Positions 37,703-50,962 of a DNA stretch of 64,000 nt are shown one piece after another. The stretch lies in assembly GCA_046563655.1 (NCBI GenBank), contig CM102289.1, positions 9,610,001 to 9,674,000 on the forward strand. The letters run 5' to 3'. Below the pieces are notes generated by a model. That model saw nothing but the letters and a program-made list of their open reading frames with translations. It made no database searches and was not told the DNA's origin. The stretch's first letter is position 1. The number at the start of each line of letters is the position of its first letter. Made by a program: the position numbers and the translations under genes. The DNA is from Yuukianura sp. NJ FZ-2021 (lineage: Eukaryota).

Positions 37703-38912
37703 TTAGATTTTGACAATGGTGATGCTGGAGTGTTCTCCAGAGTTGTCCAGGAACACTGTTTGTTCTTTGTTGTCATAGTAAATGGAGTCTGCTGGAACAA
37801 TCACTTCTCCAAGATGGTCGTCTTTTGTCACAGAGTCAGCGTCACGCAACTTCAAGTGCAAGTACTACAAAATAAAAAAATTAGAACATTTTCAAAATTT
37901 CCAAAAGTTGTGAATTTTGGACTTTTTACTTGGTTCGTTTTTGGCCGATAGTTCAGAAATTCCACAACGTCGTCCCACCGTGCATTTTCTACATTGTCAA
38001 TAGTAGAAGTTGTGTAAAATTTTGTGTCTGATCCGTGTTCTCCATTCCGAAAATAAACTTTAACGTAAGGGTCACTACGTCCATTGAACTCGTCACTCCG
38101 CGGAATGTTACTATAAAAAAAAATTAAAATTTACAAATTTTGAAATTTTTGAGTTGGAATTTTTTTGAATTAGGAAACTTTTTGATACAACTTTCACCGG
38201 CCATTGGCAGATTGAAATTTTGAAATTTGAAACTCTTTTTTTCAATGCCTCACCTTGCTGCCAGTTTGAATTTAAGTGGCGTCGTTCTTTTCACAGTGAG
38301 TCGTGCATCAGGAAATTGAACTTCGGTTGTGTAGTTAAGCGTATCCAAGGCGACGGTGACAGATGCATTGTCTCCCTTGGCAACAAACGAATCTACGTCC
38401 AGGGCTCCTTCGCCAATGAAACTGTCACCATTCGAGTGATCAACTACTCGGAAATTCCACTTTTGACCACTCCCGCTTTTCCAAATGAACCAAAACGCCT
38501 GTGTCCACTCCGGATTTGATACTTTTTGGCCCGATTCGGTGTTTCCAAAATCTTGAAATCCATAAGAACCTCCTTCTGTGTAGCTCAACTCAACAAATGG
38601 ATCGCCAAATCCCAAATCTCTGAATTAAAAAAAAAACAACTGAAAATTTCCAAAATTGTAACAAGTTGGGTTTAAGTTTTAGCGATTTTGAAAATTTTGA
38701 GTAACTTACGCCCCGCTTATAACAAAAGTGACATTTTGCCCCACATCAGAAGTGGCGTAACCTGCTTGTCCTTTGACACTGACCCCATAGCCCAACTGGA
38801 TCTTCGTGTTCCTCACGGCGTCCTTCACATGCGCAGTCACGACATCTTTCAACTGCTGTCCACTGCTCAGTCCAACCAATAAACTAATCAGTAGCCAAGT
38901 GACGGCGGCCAT
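37703..38912 (-). CDS. Signal-peptide protein with two C2 domains, paralog 1
   Basis: Signal MAAVTWLLISLLVGLSSG, then DPFVEL...NPEW...FRVVD...FIGE and a second C2 SDPYVKVYF...LRDADSVTKDDHLGE. Confidence 0.85.
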
Positions 38913-39631
38913 TTTTAAAATTTAAAACAAATCAGCCACAAAATTTCTCAAAAGTAGAAATGAGTAAAAAGTTGATCTCCTGGGAAGGTTTCAAGAGACT
39001 GAGATTTGAGAGATGTGAATTTTACAATTTGAAGTTTAAGTTTTATGGTTTTGTTGGTGGGATGGGAAAAGTTGAGGAGAGGATGTGAACAATTTAGCAC
39101 GACAAGCATAACACAGTGTGTAAACTTTAGGGTAGGGTGGACAACAATGCAATTAGGAATTATGTAGGTCTGCTTCTCCTTCTTTTGTTATTTTCAAATT
39201 GCTTGAGGCATCAGGCCACGATTTCCTCGAATTTTCATCCCAACTCGGTTTTTTTTAATAAAAATGACGTCAACTCAAAAATTTCCCTTTACGTATAAAA
39301 CTGTTGCGCTTCACACCTCAGTGATACTTCCATTTTATGGGATTTCATTTTAAACGCAACTTTAGCTACATTAAATACTCATCAACTTACATAATTTATG
39401 CAACTTACATGATTTACAAAGCTTACATAATTTATGTAACTTACATTTTACATACCTCGATTGTTTTACAAGATTTTCTGAAGGTTTCTTGCCAGTTTTC
39501 GTTGACATATCTTTCGCTCTCTCGTTTTTGTTAAACTTCTTTTTTTATTTTTTGACAAAATGATGTTAAATTTGTAAAAATTGGGCAAATAAGTAATAAA
39601 TGAATGGAATTTGAAAAGTGCTAAATTTTTG

Positions 39632-40983
39632 TTAGTTGTAGAACCAGTCCTTGGACTCCTTGGACAGTACGTCTTTGATGTCAGGGTCAGAAGTGTCAGG
39701 GTGCCCTGCAGGGTCCCCTATGATCGTCACCACCAGGGCCCCCTTCCCGCCCTTCTTCTTCGGTTCGTTCATAAGGGACACCACTCTCCTCCGATCCATC
39801 TTTGGTTTCAAATGGTCGTCAAGCTTCAGAAAAGCTTCACCCAGGAAGTCATCGGAAGTAATTCCATCATCATCGTACACTTTGAAATGCAGGTACTGAC
39901 AAGAGAACAGGAATTTCAACATTTCGACAATTTCTAGTTTCAAAATTTTGAAAAACTTTGAAGTGAACCTGGTCAGTCCCTTTTTGGTAGCCATCGAACA
40001 CAATGACCTCCATCCACTCTGCGTCCACAACGTTACCAATCCACGATGTCCGGAAAAACTCTACTTCGGGTCCATCCGGTCCGCGTGACCACAAGCACTT
40101 CACATACGGACTAAAAATTCAAAATTTGCAAAATTTTCAGTTTTCCTCAAACACGAAATTGTTTAGTTTTTGGTTCAAAAAAAGTCTTACTCGCTCTTTC
40201 CTCCAAAAGTGTCTCGCTTGGCCAAGTTTCTGAAAAGTAACATACTTTTTAATAAAATTTTGGTTAATTTTTTGAATTTTGAAATTTTGAAATGTCAATG
40301 GTTGAGAAACAGACGATGCGGAGAGTTTGAATGTGATGGGCTCCGTTTTGGTGACAACGAGGTGTCCGTTGCCAGAAGTGAGTGGCAACGTGGCTTCACC
40401 GTCACGTGACACAGTGTCCCACAGTTTCTGGACAGCAATTTTAGCCTCCCCTAGCAACGTCCCGTGACCTTTGCCATCAACGTCCTTCACTTTGAAGTGG
40501 TATTCCTACGTTTCATGAAAAAGTGGCACATTGTCTGAAATTTCAAAATTTTGAAGAAATTGAAATTTTAAAAATCCGTTTCACCTTGTCTTCAGCATCT
40601 CTACTGTCAAAACTGGCTTTGAAAACAGTCATCCAATTGGGATTGGCGCTGTGCTGAATCACTTCAGAAGTTTGGTTGTTCCGGTCAGATTCAAGTGTTT
40701 TGTAAAAGAGGCTCAGTTGTGGATTCATGTCAGGCATATCTTCACCAAAATTTCTAAAAACCAAAGAAAAACTAAAGTTTTGAAAAAAAAATTACAACAT
40801 TTTTTGGAAATTTTACCTCCCAGCGACCATGAAAGTGAAAGCAGTTTGCTTAAACAATGGTTTAAAATTGAAGAATTTGGATATCGCGCCTTCTGTCTCG
40901 CGATGGTTGTGGTCAGCGTGGACGCCATTCCACAAAATGCAAAGATTAAAAAATGAAATTAAAAAGTGATTTCCAAATTTCAT
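39632..40983 (-). CDS. Signal-peptide protein with two C2 domains, paralog 2
   Basis: Signal MKFGNHFLISFFNLCILWNGVHA, then ANPNW...FKVKDVD...LLGE and PYVKC...FKVYDDDGITSDDFLGE. Confidence 0.8.
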
Positions 40984-41379
40984 AATTTTGAAGTTATAAA
41001 ATTCAGAAAATTTGTTAGGTGTTAGCGCCACAGGGAAAATAGAGCTTCTAGCGGTTCAATTCAGAAATTGGAAGCTACGTGGCAAGAAATGACTAAGAAT
41101 TGTTCAAAATTTTATGACATTTTAGAAACTTCGAGACAATGGACTTTGTTTATTCTTCACTGGTCACTTTTAAATTTTATAGTTTTATGAAAGGAGAAAT
41201 GCGAAGCAAATGATTCATTTTGTCACGTGCATAAACAATTCTAGTATACTTGGAATTATCCTGAAGTCATTGTGTCAACAATTTAATATATTTTTGTGCA
41301 ATTAGTAATTTCAGTTTCGCAGAAATTTTGAAATTTTGAAATTATAAATTTTGAAAACTCCCGGCAACTGGATTTTGAT

Positions 41380-42543
41380 TTAGGCTACTGGAACGACGCC
41401 CAACGTGGCCTTTGCAGTGTCGCCGAATTTAAAGACTTTCGTAGCTCGCTTTTCCACAAACGGATCAACTTCAACTAAAACTTCTCCAAGACTGTCATCT
41501 TTCACGCCATCCGAATCAAAGATTTTGAATGTCCACCACTTTAAAAAGTTCAAAAAAAATTTTTTTTTTCCATTTTTTGTAAATTCTGTTTTTTTTTTAA
41601 AAGTATGAAAGAACGTACTTGATCTGTTCCTGGAATGTAGTTGTCAAATTCCAGAGTTTGGTTGAAATCCACATTTTCAACGTCATTTGCAACCTCTGTC
41701 GTGAAAAACTGAACTTGGTGACCTTTGACCCCTCGACTCCAGTAACCAGTCACATAGGGGTCAGATTTACCACTGAACGGGTCACTCCTCGGTACATCTC
41801 TGGGTACATAAATTACATCATTGCATAAAACAAATACATAATTATATACGTTACATCATTACATTAAGTACATAAATAAATGCATGTACATGCAAAATCA
41901 AAGAATTCTAAAATTATGGAGTGTCGAGCAAAACTTGCCTCAGGAGAATTTTGAATTTTGTTGGTGTTGTTTTTTGAATTTGGAGAAATCCGCCGTCGGA
42001 AAGCGACACGTTGAGTTTTTCTCCTTTAGCGACGTAGTCATCTACTTGAACGGTGACCTCCCCCAAGGGGTCATCAGGCTGAAGGTCATCTTGATCCCGC
42101 ACTCGAAACAGCCACTTCTGCTCTCCTCCTCGCTTCCAGATAAACCAAAATACTTTGTTGAATTCTGGATTTACAGAATCAATTGAAACCTCAGTGCTTC
42201 CGAATTTAACAGGCTCAACTTCAGATTTATTCGAGCAGTAAACTTTCACAAAGGGGTCAACAGTGTCCAAAAAGTCTTTGTTTGGCAAATTCCTAAAAAA
42301 ACAAAAGTTCAAACAAAATTGAATGCTTAAATATTCTAAAATGAAAAACTTTGTGCAATACTTTTCTTACGTTGCGGAAACCACAAAAGTTAGGTTTTTA
42401 GTGTCCTCCAATACTGGTAGAGGAACTTGTCTAATGTTTTGGAGTGTCACTGGTGGAAGTGGCGGTGGAACCGGCGGTGACCTTTGACCTGAAATGACCA
42501 CGATGACAGCCAATAGCAAAGCGGATACAATTCCGCGCAACAT
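41380..42543 (-). CDS. Signal-peptide protein with two C2 domains, paralog 3
   Basis: Signal MLRGIVSALLLAVIVVISG, then NLPNKDFLDTVDPFVKV...NPEF...FRVRDQDDLQPDDPLGE and a second C2 SDPYV...FKILDSDGVKDDSLGE. Confidence 0.85.
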
Positions 42544-43147
42544 GTTAATAATTTCAAAAAGTCGGTTTGGGATCTGCTTTTCTTGACAATTGGCTGAAGA
42601 CTGAAAAAATTTATGGATGGCGTTGTGGAAATTAGGCAGTAAAAACTGAATTTTGGTGAAGTTAAAACAAGATTTACATTTTTTTAAAAGTTAAAAACAG
42701 GATTTGAAATGTTCATGAAAACTTTTAAAGGGCTTTTTATGTAAATTTTATTTGAGGTACTTTGAACCCGTAAAAAAAGTGCTAAGAGTGTAAATTGGTT
42801 TCAGGGTTAACTAGTTTCGGGGTAACGACCAGGATTGAAGATGATGTCAACTGTGGTAATGTCGTTTGCTAAAAGAAAAATGAAAAAGTTAACATTTTTC
42901 TACAAAGTTGTTAAAAAGCAGCTTTTCATCAAAATTCAACTTTTTTTTGAGTTAGTTGAAGTAGAAAATAGTTTTTATTGTATTATCCCATCGTGTTTGT
43001 CCTATCCCATACCCGGTCAACTAATGGAACTAAAACCTAAGAAAATTAGTAAGCAGTTAGTAAAATAGTTGAGTTAGTGTGTTCAGTCTTGTTATTTATA
43101 TTTTTCAAAATATTAATATTATTATAATTTCATTAATATAATAAAAG

Positions 43148-45114
43148 TTATGCTCGTACCGTAGCCCCATAAGACCCTTGGCTGGAGCAACTACTTTTTC
43201 TGGAATCGCTGTCTTGGAAGTCATACTTGCTCAGTATTTCTTCTGAATCGACCAGTATTGGGGTTTCGGCTAAAGATACTGGTTTGTAGTAACTCCCTCC
43301 TATGCTGACACTGCCACCCTTCCCATCTTGCTCTCTTGTCATCACAACTTGGTGTGCCAAGTTGGCAAAAGTAATGTCATAGTTTTTGCAAAAGTGGAGT
43401 AAGAAAATGGCCGCAAGAACGATTGCAAATCCACAGAACAATCCTAGCCAGTCATTCGTTGCTAAAGCGTCGAACTCATGGAACAGAATTGCAGAGGCAG
43501 AAATGACACAAGTTGTGAAGAAAACGTAGTAAATGGGGGTAACAATTGCAGTGGAGAATGTATCCAGTGCCTGGAATCAACACATGAGTGGAGCAAAATT
43601 AACATTATCGAGATTGCCAGCCACTCAGGAATGATTTTTTGGTTAAAAATATAATTAACATTATCGAGATTGCCAGGAACTCAGCAATGATTTCTTGGTG
43701 AAAAATAAAACTAACATTGTCAACATTGCCAGCCACTCAGGAATGATTTGTTTGTTAAAAAAATAAAATTAACATGGGCGAGATTACCAGCCACTTGGCA
43801 ATAGTTTGTTGGTTAAAATTAACACTGTCGAGATTGGCAGTCACTCAGAAATGATTTTTATGGTTAAAATTAACATAATCGAGATAGCCAGCTACCTGGG
43901 TCTACCTGTCGCAAAAATTAACATGATCGAGATTGCCAGTGGCCTGCCAATGTTTTGTTGGTTAAAATTTCAAAATTTTCGGTAAGTTGGTTTAGTTTTT
44001 GTTTACCTTATTGAGAAAGTTCATTTGAACTGAAACGCATACTGCGAGGCCTCCTAAGCAAACCCATGTTAAGTAATTGGTTAATTCGTTGTGGCCTTCA
44101 ATTGTGTTGGAAATTGCTAAACCGGACCCTTTGCAGAACATGACGCTCAGAGAACCAACCATCGAACAAACTCCGAGCCAAATCAGTAAAGTTTTGGTAG
44201 AGTTGGCTAAATTTAAAAAAAAATCAGTTCCATCAAAATTTTGAAATATTTTTTTGAAATTGGAACTTACTGGCACATTTTGGACGACAGTAGAAAATAA
44301 GTATGAGACTAAATATGATGACGATACACAAGTAGACTAGAAAGAGAGGATCAAACATTCGTTTCTCCAAGTCAGCAATGTCCTTCACTTCTTGATTCTC
44401 TGGAGCATGGATTACAATCACAATAGAACCAATGGCACACAGGAAACAACCGATCTGCAAATTTAAAAAAAAATCATTTTCCAAAATTTCGAAATTTTTA
44501 AACTTTTCCTATTTTTCACACCTTTCCTAGGAAGTTGAGTTTTTCGTCTAGAAATTGTGATGATAGGACTGTAGCGACTAAAACGCTGAGAACGCCCAAA
44601 GTTGACACGACGGACGCAGGCGCAAATGTGTACGCCACAAAATTGGCACCTTCCCCAATTCCCACTGAAAGTTAAAAGTTAAAAACTAAAAGTTAAAAGC
44701 TAAAAGTTAAAACAAAAAATGACAACTTTTTAAAACTTTTTCTTTTTTGTTTCAACTGTGTCATTACTTGAGACAAGGCCAGCCCACCAGAAGCTGTCCT
44801 GCAAAGTTGACAAGATTTGTGTTAGTCTTTGGCGGAAAACTAACCTAACTTAATTTAAAATACATTTAGATTAAGTTAATTTATGTTATTTAAAATATTT
44901 AAACCTTGAGATAGCCATATCCACCTTCACCCGCTCTTGTGCCTGTTTTGCTCAGACGCAAAAGTGCTACTTTCTTGATGATGAAACTCGCTCCAATGAA
45001 AATGCTGGAAGACACGGACAGTCCAATTCCAATCCAAAATGTCAGAGGAAAATATCTCTCAAAAGTACTAATTTCTATTTTAGACGTTGTAGAACTCGTT
45101 AGTTCAATCTGCAT
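43148..45114 (-). CDS. NIPA-family magnesium transporter (NIPA2/spichthyin-like); the start may extend to ~45253
   Basis: [60 protein letters not shown] and [16 protein letters not shown]. Confidence 0.93.
43596..43970. repeat. Degenerate ~50-60-bp tandem repeat (~7 copies) within a NIPA intron
   Basis: Recurring AAAATTAACATTATCGAGATTGCCAGCCACTCAG...TGGTT unit. Confidence 0.85.
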
Positions 45115-46054
45115 ATTGCTAAAGTACTAAAGACATACAAAAAGTACTAACAAAAAGGACTAACACAGTTACAAAGTACTAAAAAGTAGAAATGTTGGAA
45201 TTGCGACTAAAATTTGGTCGTAGACTTTGAAGTACTTCGTAAGTTTCGTCCATGAAAAAAATGGTTTGGCTAAAAATGAGTGGAAATGACAGATTTAGCA
45301 AATCCTAATCAGTGACTATAGAATACTATAGAAGACTATAAGCAGGTGAAAAGTACTAAAAGTTATCACTTTGAGTGCTAAAGGACATAGATTGTGTACT
45401 TAGAGTGATAATGACTAAATCGATTCGTGTCTCACAATTTACACATACAAATTGGCACTATTTGCTAAAATTTTGGCATCTTCATGACGCTAGACTTTCC
45501 AAACAGTCAACTTTTTCAGTATTTCATGCTATAGATAAGGCTGATTCATAACAATTTAAAAAAAAAGAAAGGTCATTGTCATTTTTGCAAATAATTTAAC
45601 AAAGAAGCGTCGTTTTGTTGTTGAGGATGGAAATGTTTCAAATTTTTGAAAACGTTGATTTTTTTAAACTTTTTTGAATTTAGGACAAGACTTGTGTGTC
45701 ACTAGGCCTTGTGCTACGTCCGACGTTTGAATGGCTTCAATTGGTCCAGATGAATTTGACCTTGTTTGGTCATAATAGTAGTCAAATCCCGAAACAATTT
45801 AGTGCTTTTTAGTCGTATAGGCTTCAATTCTAGTCCTTTTCCGTTTTAGACTTTGGATGTTTTAGCAGTTTTGAAGGAGGATACGCTCATTGGTCTGGAC
45901 AATTCGCACTTCCTAATAAATTTGAATTTTAAATTTCACTTTTCAACTTTTGTAAAAGAGTTGACATGGTCTGGAACCGACACTAACAATTCAGTCACAT
46001 CGGACAACGCACGAATTGGTCCACACTTTGCAATTGTGTCACTCACGCACAAAA

Positions 46055-48435
46055 ATGGCGCCGAAAAACGCAAAAGTTGTAATTTTTACGTTTGTGTTGT
46101 TTGTGGTTAGTTTCAAAACGGGGAAAGTACAGGGTGCTCCGGGGTAAGAAAATTTTTTGAAATTTTTTCAAAATGTCGAGACTTTTGATAAACTTTGTTA
46201 ACAAAAATAGTTGGAAACGGTAGTAAATGTGTTTTTAATGTGTTTGGTAACTGTTGATTTCAGTGACAGTGCATCAACAATGAAACAAAACTTGGACGAA
46301 GTTTTGCAACAGTACGACAAGGGATTTAGGCCGTTCTACGGAGGTTAGTATGATCATCGTCTATAACGTCTATAACATAGTACTAAAAGTATTCAGTGGT
46401 AAGCAAAAACTAGTCTGACCACTTTTTAGAGTTAACTTTTGTGTTGTTTTCAGAGAAGCCTACGCAGGTCGGAGTCACTGCCTATGTTCTGTCAATTGAG
46501 GCAGTAGACCATAAAAACATGGTAGGATTTTACTAAAATGTTATGCTAAATGTGAGTTTTACATTATGTAACTTCCATAACTCATGAATTTTGGTTTGAA
46601 ATTTTGAATTTGTAGTTGTTCACTTTCCAATACTACTTTCGCCAAACATGGCATGACCCCCGACTGGCATTTTCTTCTCAATGGAGTCGCGGCAGAAGTC
46701 AGCAACAATCAAAAACTTCAGTTCAAGTGCTAAAATGCTCATGAAAATGACAGAAATTGTTAAAAATGCAATTTTTGCACTAGTTTTTTGTGTTTCTAAT
46801 TTTTTGAATTGCAGCTAGATGAGGAACGCAGCAAGAAAATATGGCGTCCGGATACGTTTTTTGTGAATGAAAAAACGTCAGTTGTGCACTCTGTGACGTC
46901 ACGCAACGAATTCGTACGACTCCACTCCAACGGAACTGTATTGGTAGCCACCAGGTAAAATTTCAGTTTTCATTTTGCGAAAACGAAATTCAAAAAAATG
47001 GAATTTGGAAAAAAAAAAGTTTTTGAAAAAAAAAACCGACCTTAAAATTATTTTGGAAATTCTAACTTATTTTTAGGTATACCACCACCGCTGCCTGTCC
47101 AATGAATCTCCAATTCTTTCCATTCGACTCACAAACGTAAATCATTCATTAAATGTCGTCAAAAATGTTTCGAAATTTGTTGTATATTTTTCGAAAAAAA
47201 TTTTTAAAACTAAATTTTTGTGAAGATGTACATTAGAAATTGAGAGTTTTGGAACTTCGATGGAGGAGACTATTTACTATTGGGCCAAAGGTGAAGAATC
47301 CTTTGGAATTTCCAATGAAGTGGCAGTTCCTGAACTACTTGTGGTTGGTCACACGATCAAAACGATGGAAATTGCACTCTCTACGGGTAAGTCAACTGAG
47401 TACAAAAAAGTTAAAAATTATAAAATTTTTGAAAAAAAAATTGAACTTTTATGAAAAAAATGTTGATTTTGGATTGTAGGAAACTACAGTCGACTGATGC
47501 TGGGACTGGAGTTTAAGCGCGTGTTCGTGTACTATCTAATTCGCATGTATGTGCCAATGGCAGCTCTCGTCATCGTGTCACTTCTGACACTCGTCTTTGC
47601 TAATCCATTTCTGGAACCACTAATCCATGTTGTCACTGTAATTTACAAAATTTAATCTCAATTAGTTAAAATTTAGTACTTGCAAACTGTCAAAATTACA
47701 TTTTTTTTCAATAGATTTCGTTCCTGCTGCTGCAAAAAGAGTCTTGGGTGGGGTCGATGCCTAAAATTTCCTACATGACTGCAATTTATCTTTATTTCAT
47801 AATCTGTTTGGCTCATCTTCTGCTGGCACTTTTTGGTAAATTGAAAAATTTTCATAAAATTTTATCAAAATTTTATTTTGGGCAAACATGAATTGTGTTT
47901 GAATGCACAGTGAGCTTGGCAGCGACCTATCGACACATTCGCCAGGTAAGTCGTATAACTTTTCTGGTTTCAGAAGATTATCTCACCCCCAGTAGATGTT
48001 TTTTTTATTAATTATTAATTATGTTAATTAATTATTAGGTGTTAATTATTTTTTGGTTAAAACTTAAAGTCTCATAACCGTGACGCTGTGTGTATTATTT
48101 GCAAGCCATTGACGGAACTGGATGACTATGTCCACCGTGGCACCAATGATAGCAGACGACGGTCGCCCGCCAAACCAAAGTCAATGTGCTCACTAGCATC
48201 AGTGTAAGATTATCCAAGATTTTTAGAAAAAATGGTCAAAAATGAATTTGAAATAGTCAAAATTTCAATTCCAAAATTTCTTTTTTCTTTTCTTTTGAAA
48301 ACCAGGATTTTTTACTTCTTCAAGCTGCTTGTAATCGGTAGTTTCATTGCGTGTAACATCGTGTACTGGCTATTCTACCGAAGTCTGACGACCACTGCAA
48401 ATAAAACACTCATGGGCAGTGGGACGGAAGAGTAA
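46055..48435 (+). CDS. Divergent Cys-loop ligand-gated ion channel subunit with a GABA/RDL-like extracellular domain
   Basis: Signal peptide, YDKGFRP, YFRQTWHDPRL, KIWRPDTFF, Cys-loop CPMNLQFFPFDSQTC, GNYSRL, MPKISY and a terminal NIVYW helix. Confidence 0.85.
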
Positions 48436-48991
48436 ACGGACAGTGAACCTTCAAGTATTAAATCAACAGTGTTAATTTCTGCTTTAATTAAGAGTTGAAG
48501 TAATTTGCAGTTAGAATTTACTTTTAGGTTTAATTTGTTTCCTTCTCTTGAATACTTCTTGGTTGTGTGTGTTGGAAATATAAAGTGAAGTAGTAGATTA
48601 TGATCTTCTGCTGACTTACTTTGAAAATTTAATTAGTTATTTATAAATATTAACTAATAGAAACAGAGTTAATTAAAACTAGAATTAACTGTGTCTAAGT
48701 TTTTAAATTAAATATTAAAAGTAGCGTCACTTTCATTTTGAGCACGGACTGGTGTCGCCCTCTGTGGAACAAACATGTGAACTAAAACGAAAAGCGCGCC
48801 ATTTTTTAAATTCATTTCTTATTGAAATTTTTGTTTCAATTTTATTTTTTATGTCTTTTTTTTATCATTCCGCTTGGTGCTTGATTCTCTCATAAGTCAT
48901 AAGTACTCAGCTCTCAGCTGTTTTCGGTAAAATTTTAGTCAATTACTAATTGATTTGGGAAGTGATCGGGCCTTCGGATTGGTCTGCCACC

Positions 48992-49473
48992 ATGATTGTT
49001 CCGATGCATATGCTAAAACGAGGATTCTCAACCTCCTTGGCACTGGCCACTCGCCATCCAGTCAAGCCTCATCCAGCAGGTACTTCATAAAGTCAATATT
49101 TAATTGACATCGTCTTATAAAAAATAATTACTTTTTGTTTTGTTATAAGGTGGCATGAAGCTATGGAAGAACATGACCTTGTTCCTGGCTATTCCTGCAG
49201 TGGCCATCATGACGGTCAACGTCTACTTGCACATGAAGGAAGAATGGGAGTGTCCACCACCACGTCCTGAATTTATTCCCTACGATCATCTGCGTCTTCG
49301 CAGCAAGCGATTTCCTTGGGGTAGAAATTATACCAAATGCCTAATGTCGCTTAATTACTAATTAATTACCTACAACTAACTCGTAATGTCTTGTAGGAGA
49401 TGGAAACCACACCCTGTTCCACAACCCCCATGTCAATGCTTTGCCAACTGGCTATGAAGATGATCATCACTAA
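48992..49473 (+). CDS. COX6A: Cytochrome c oxidase subunit 6A
   Basis: [52 protein letters not shown]. Three exons. Confidence 0.97.
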
Positions 49474-50023
49474 ATGCGACATTTAACAGTAGTACATCAT
49501 CAACAGTCGCCGTAAAAGGAGAAAATAATAGCACCCAATGAAATCTGCGTTAGAACGAGGCTCCATTTACGATTCACTGAAACATACCTTCTCCTTCAAG
49601 AATATTTCAGTCATGTGTAGTTAAATTACAATTGAAAATGAAGGTGTCAATTAAAAATGCTAAACTTCGATGACCTGGGGCCATGTCGGTCGGTGTGCGA
49701 AACATTTATTGCAATAATTTCATAAATCAACATGTCTGAGGCTAATCTTAATTTAAAGACATTCGTATAAGTCAAGGGAAATCGATGGATGATAAATAAA
49801 TTGAAATCAGAAAATAATATACTGGAAGCATTTAGGAGCAAAGGGTTTTGACAATCAAGTATAATCGGGTAATCAAAAACAGATTGAGAATGTTAAATAT
49901 TTACAACAACGTACTTGTTAAGTTTTAGAACATATCGTATGGTATACTTAGTCAAATTATTAGGTCACGCAGGAGTCCTGAAGTTATTAATGAATATCCT
50001 TCTATTACAAAAAAACCAAAGTG

Positions 50024-50577
50024 TTATTCGAATCGCTGACGTTTGCGCTGATTATCTTCTTCCGACGGTGTTGCAGCGTTCTCTCGCTTCGGTACTGGCT
50101 TGTTCTTTTTGAACTGCTGGTGGAGATAACGCAGGAGAATGTTGGTCTTTTCAGTCACGATCACTGGAATTAACAAATTGAAAGCATTACAAATGAGTCC
50201 ATGATGAACATAGTTGTCAATTGACGTTAAGGGACTTAAGTTACCTTGTTGGGCGGGGTAGTCCTTGACAGGGACATAAGCTAAGGGTCTCCTAGTGATA
50301 TTTTGTTTCTGGTGACTATCGCCTCCCCACTTCTGGAAATTGTCGGGATTACTGGATGGAAGGCTGGCCACGAACTGGCTTACGGCCGCTGCATCACGTT
50401 CCGCTCGGGTCAGGGACGAGGCAGGCAACGATCTAGAAGTTCCCGTCCACGAACGTCCTATTTCAATAAAAAGAAAATCAGTGCGTGAGTCCTTACTGCG
50501 AAATATTCATGTTAAATACACTGTGTTTCCACCATATTGCCTTCCCTCTTACCAGTAATTGTATCCGGATCTGCCAT
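50024..50577 (-). CDS. DDA1: DET1- and DDB1-associated protein 1
   Basis: FVASLPSSNPDNF, RRPLAYVPVKDYPAQQ and VIVTEKTNILLRYLHQQ. Three exons. Confidence 0.92.
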
Positions 50578-50962
50578 TTGCAATGTGTAGCAATGCTTGT
50601 CAAAACTCTAAAGTTGAACTGAGTACCTACCTACTGTTACTGTCAGTAGTTCTTGAACGCTTATCTTTATCTTGTTATCTTTCAAATCAGGATAAATGAT
50701 ATTACTATCTTAAACTTTAGCAAAAACGTCCTCTCTCTTGCCTGTCAAAGAAATTTCTGTAAATAATTTTGAACTGAAGATGAACTCCCTGCTATTCTTT
50801 CACACAGACTCAGCTGCTTGCGCATAAGTGTGTGTTACACGTGTCGACTACTACAGAGATGTAGAAACATGCCAATTTTTGCTCCTGGGCATAGATTCAA
50901 TGCTTTTACATTCAAAAAACAAGTTTCTAAAGCAATAAATAGCAGTGTTTATTTTCTACATT

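Noticed and set aside
39385..39455. Short 18-bp TACATAATTTATG-type repeat and its 65-aa ORF
   Set aside because: Low-complexity intergenic repeat with no coding or structural support.
46660..46815. Possible frameshift in the Cys-loop channel gene
   Set aside because: A weaker in-phase donor (CAA|GTGCTA at ~46727) restores the frame, so a frameshift is not required.
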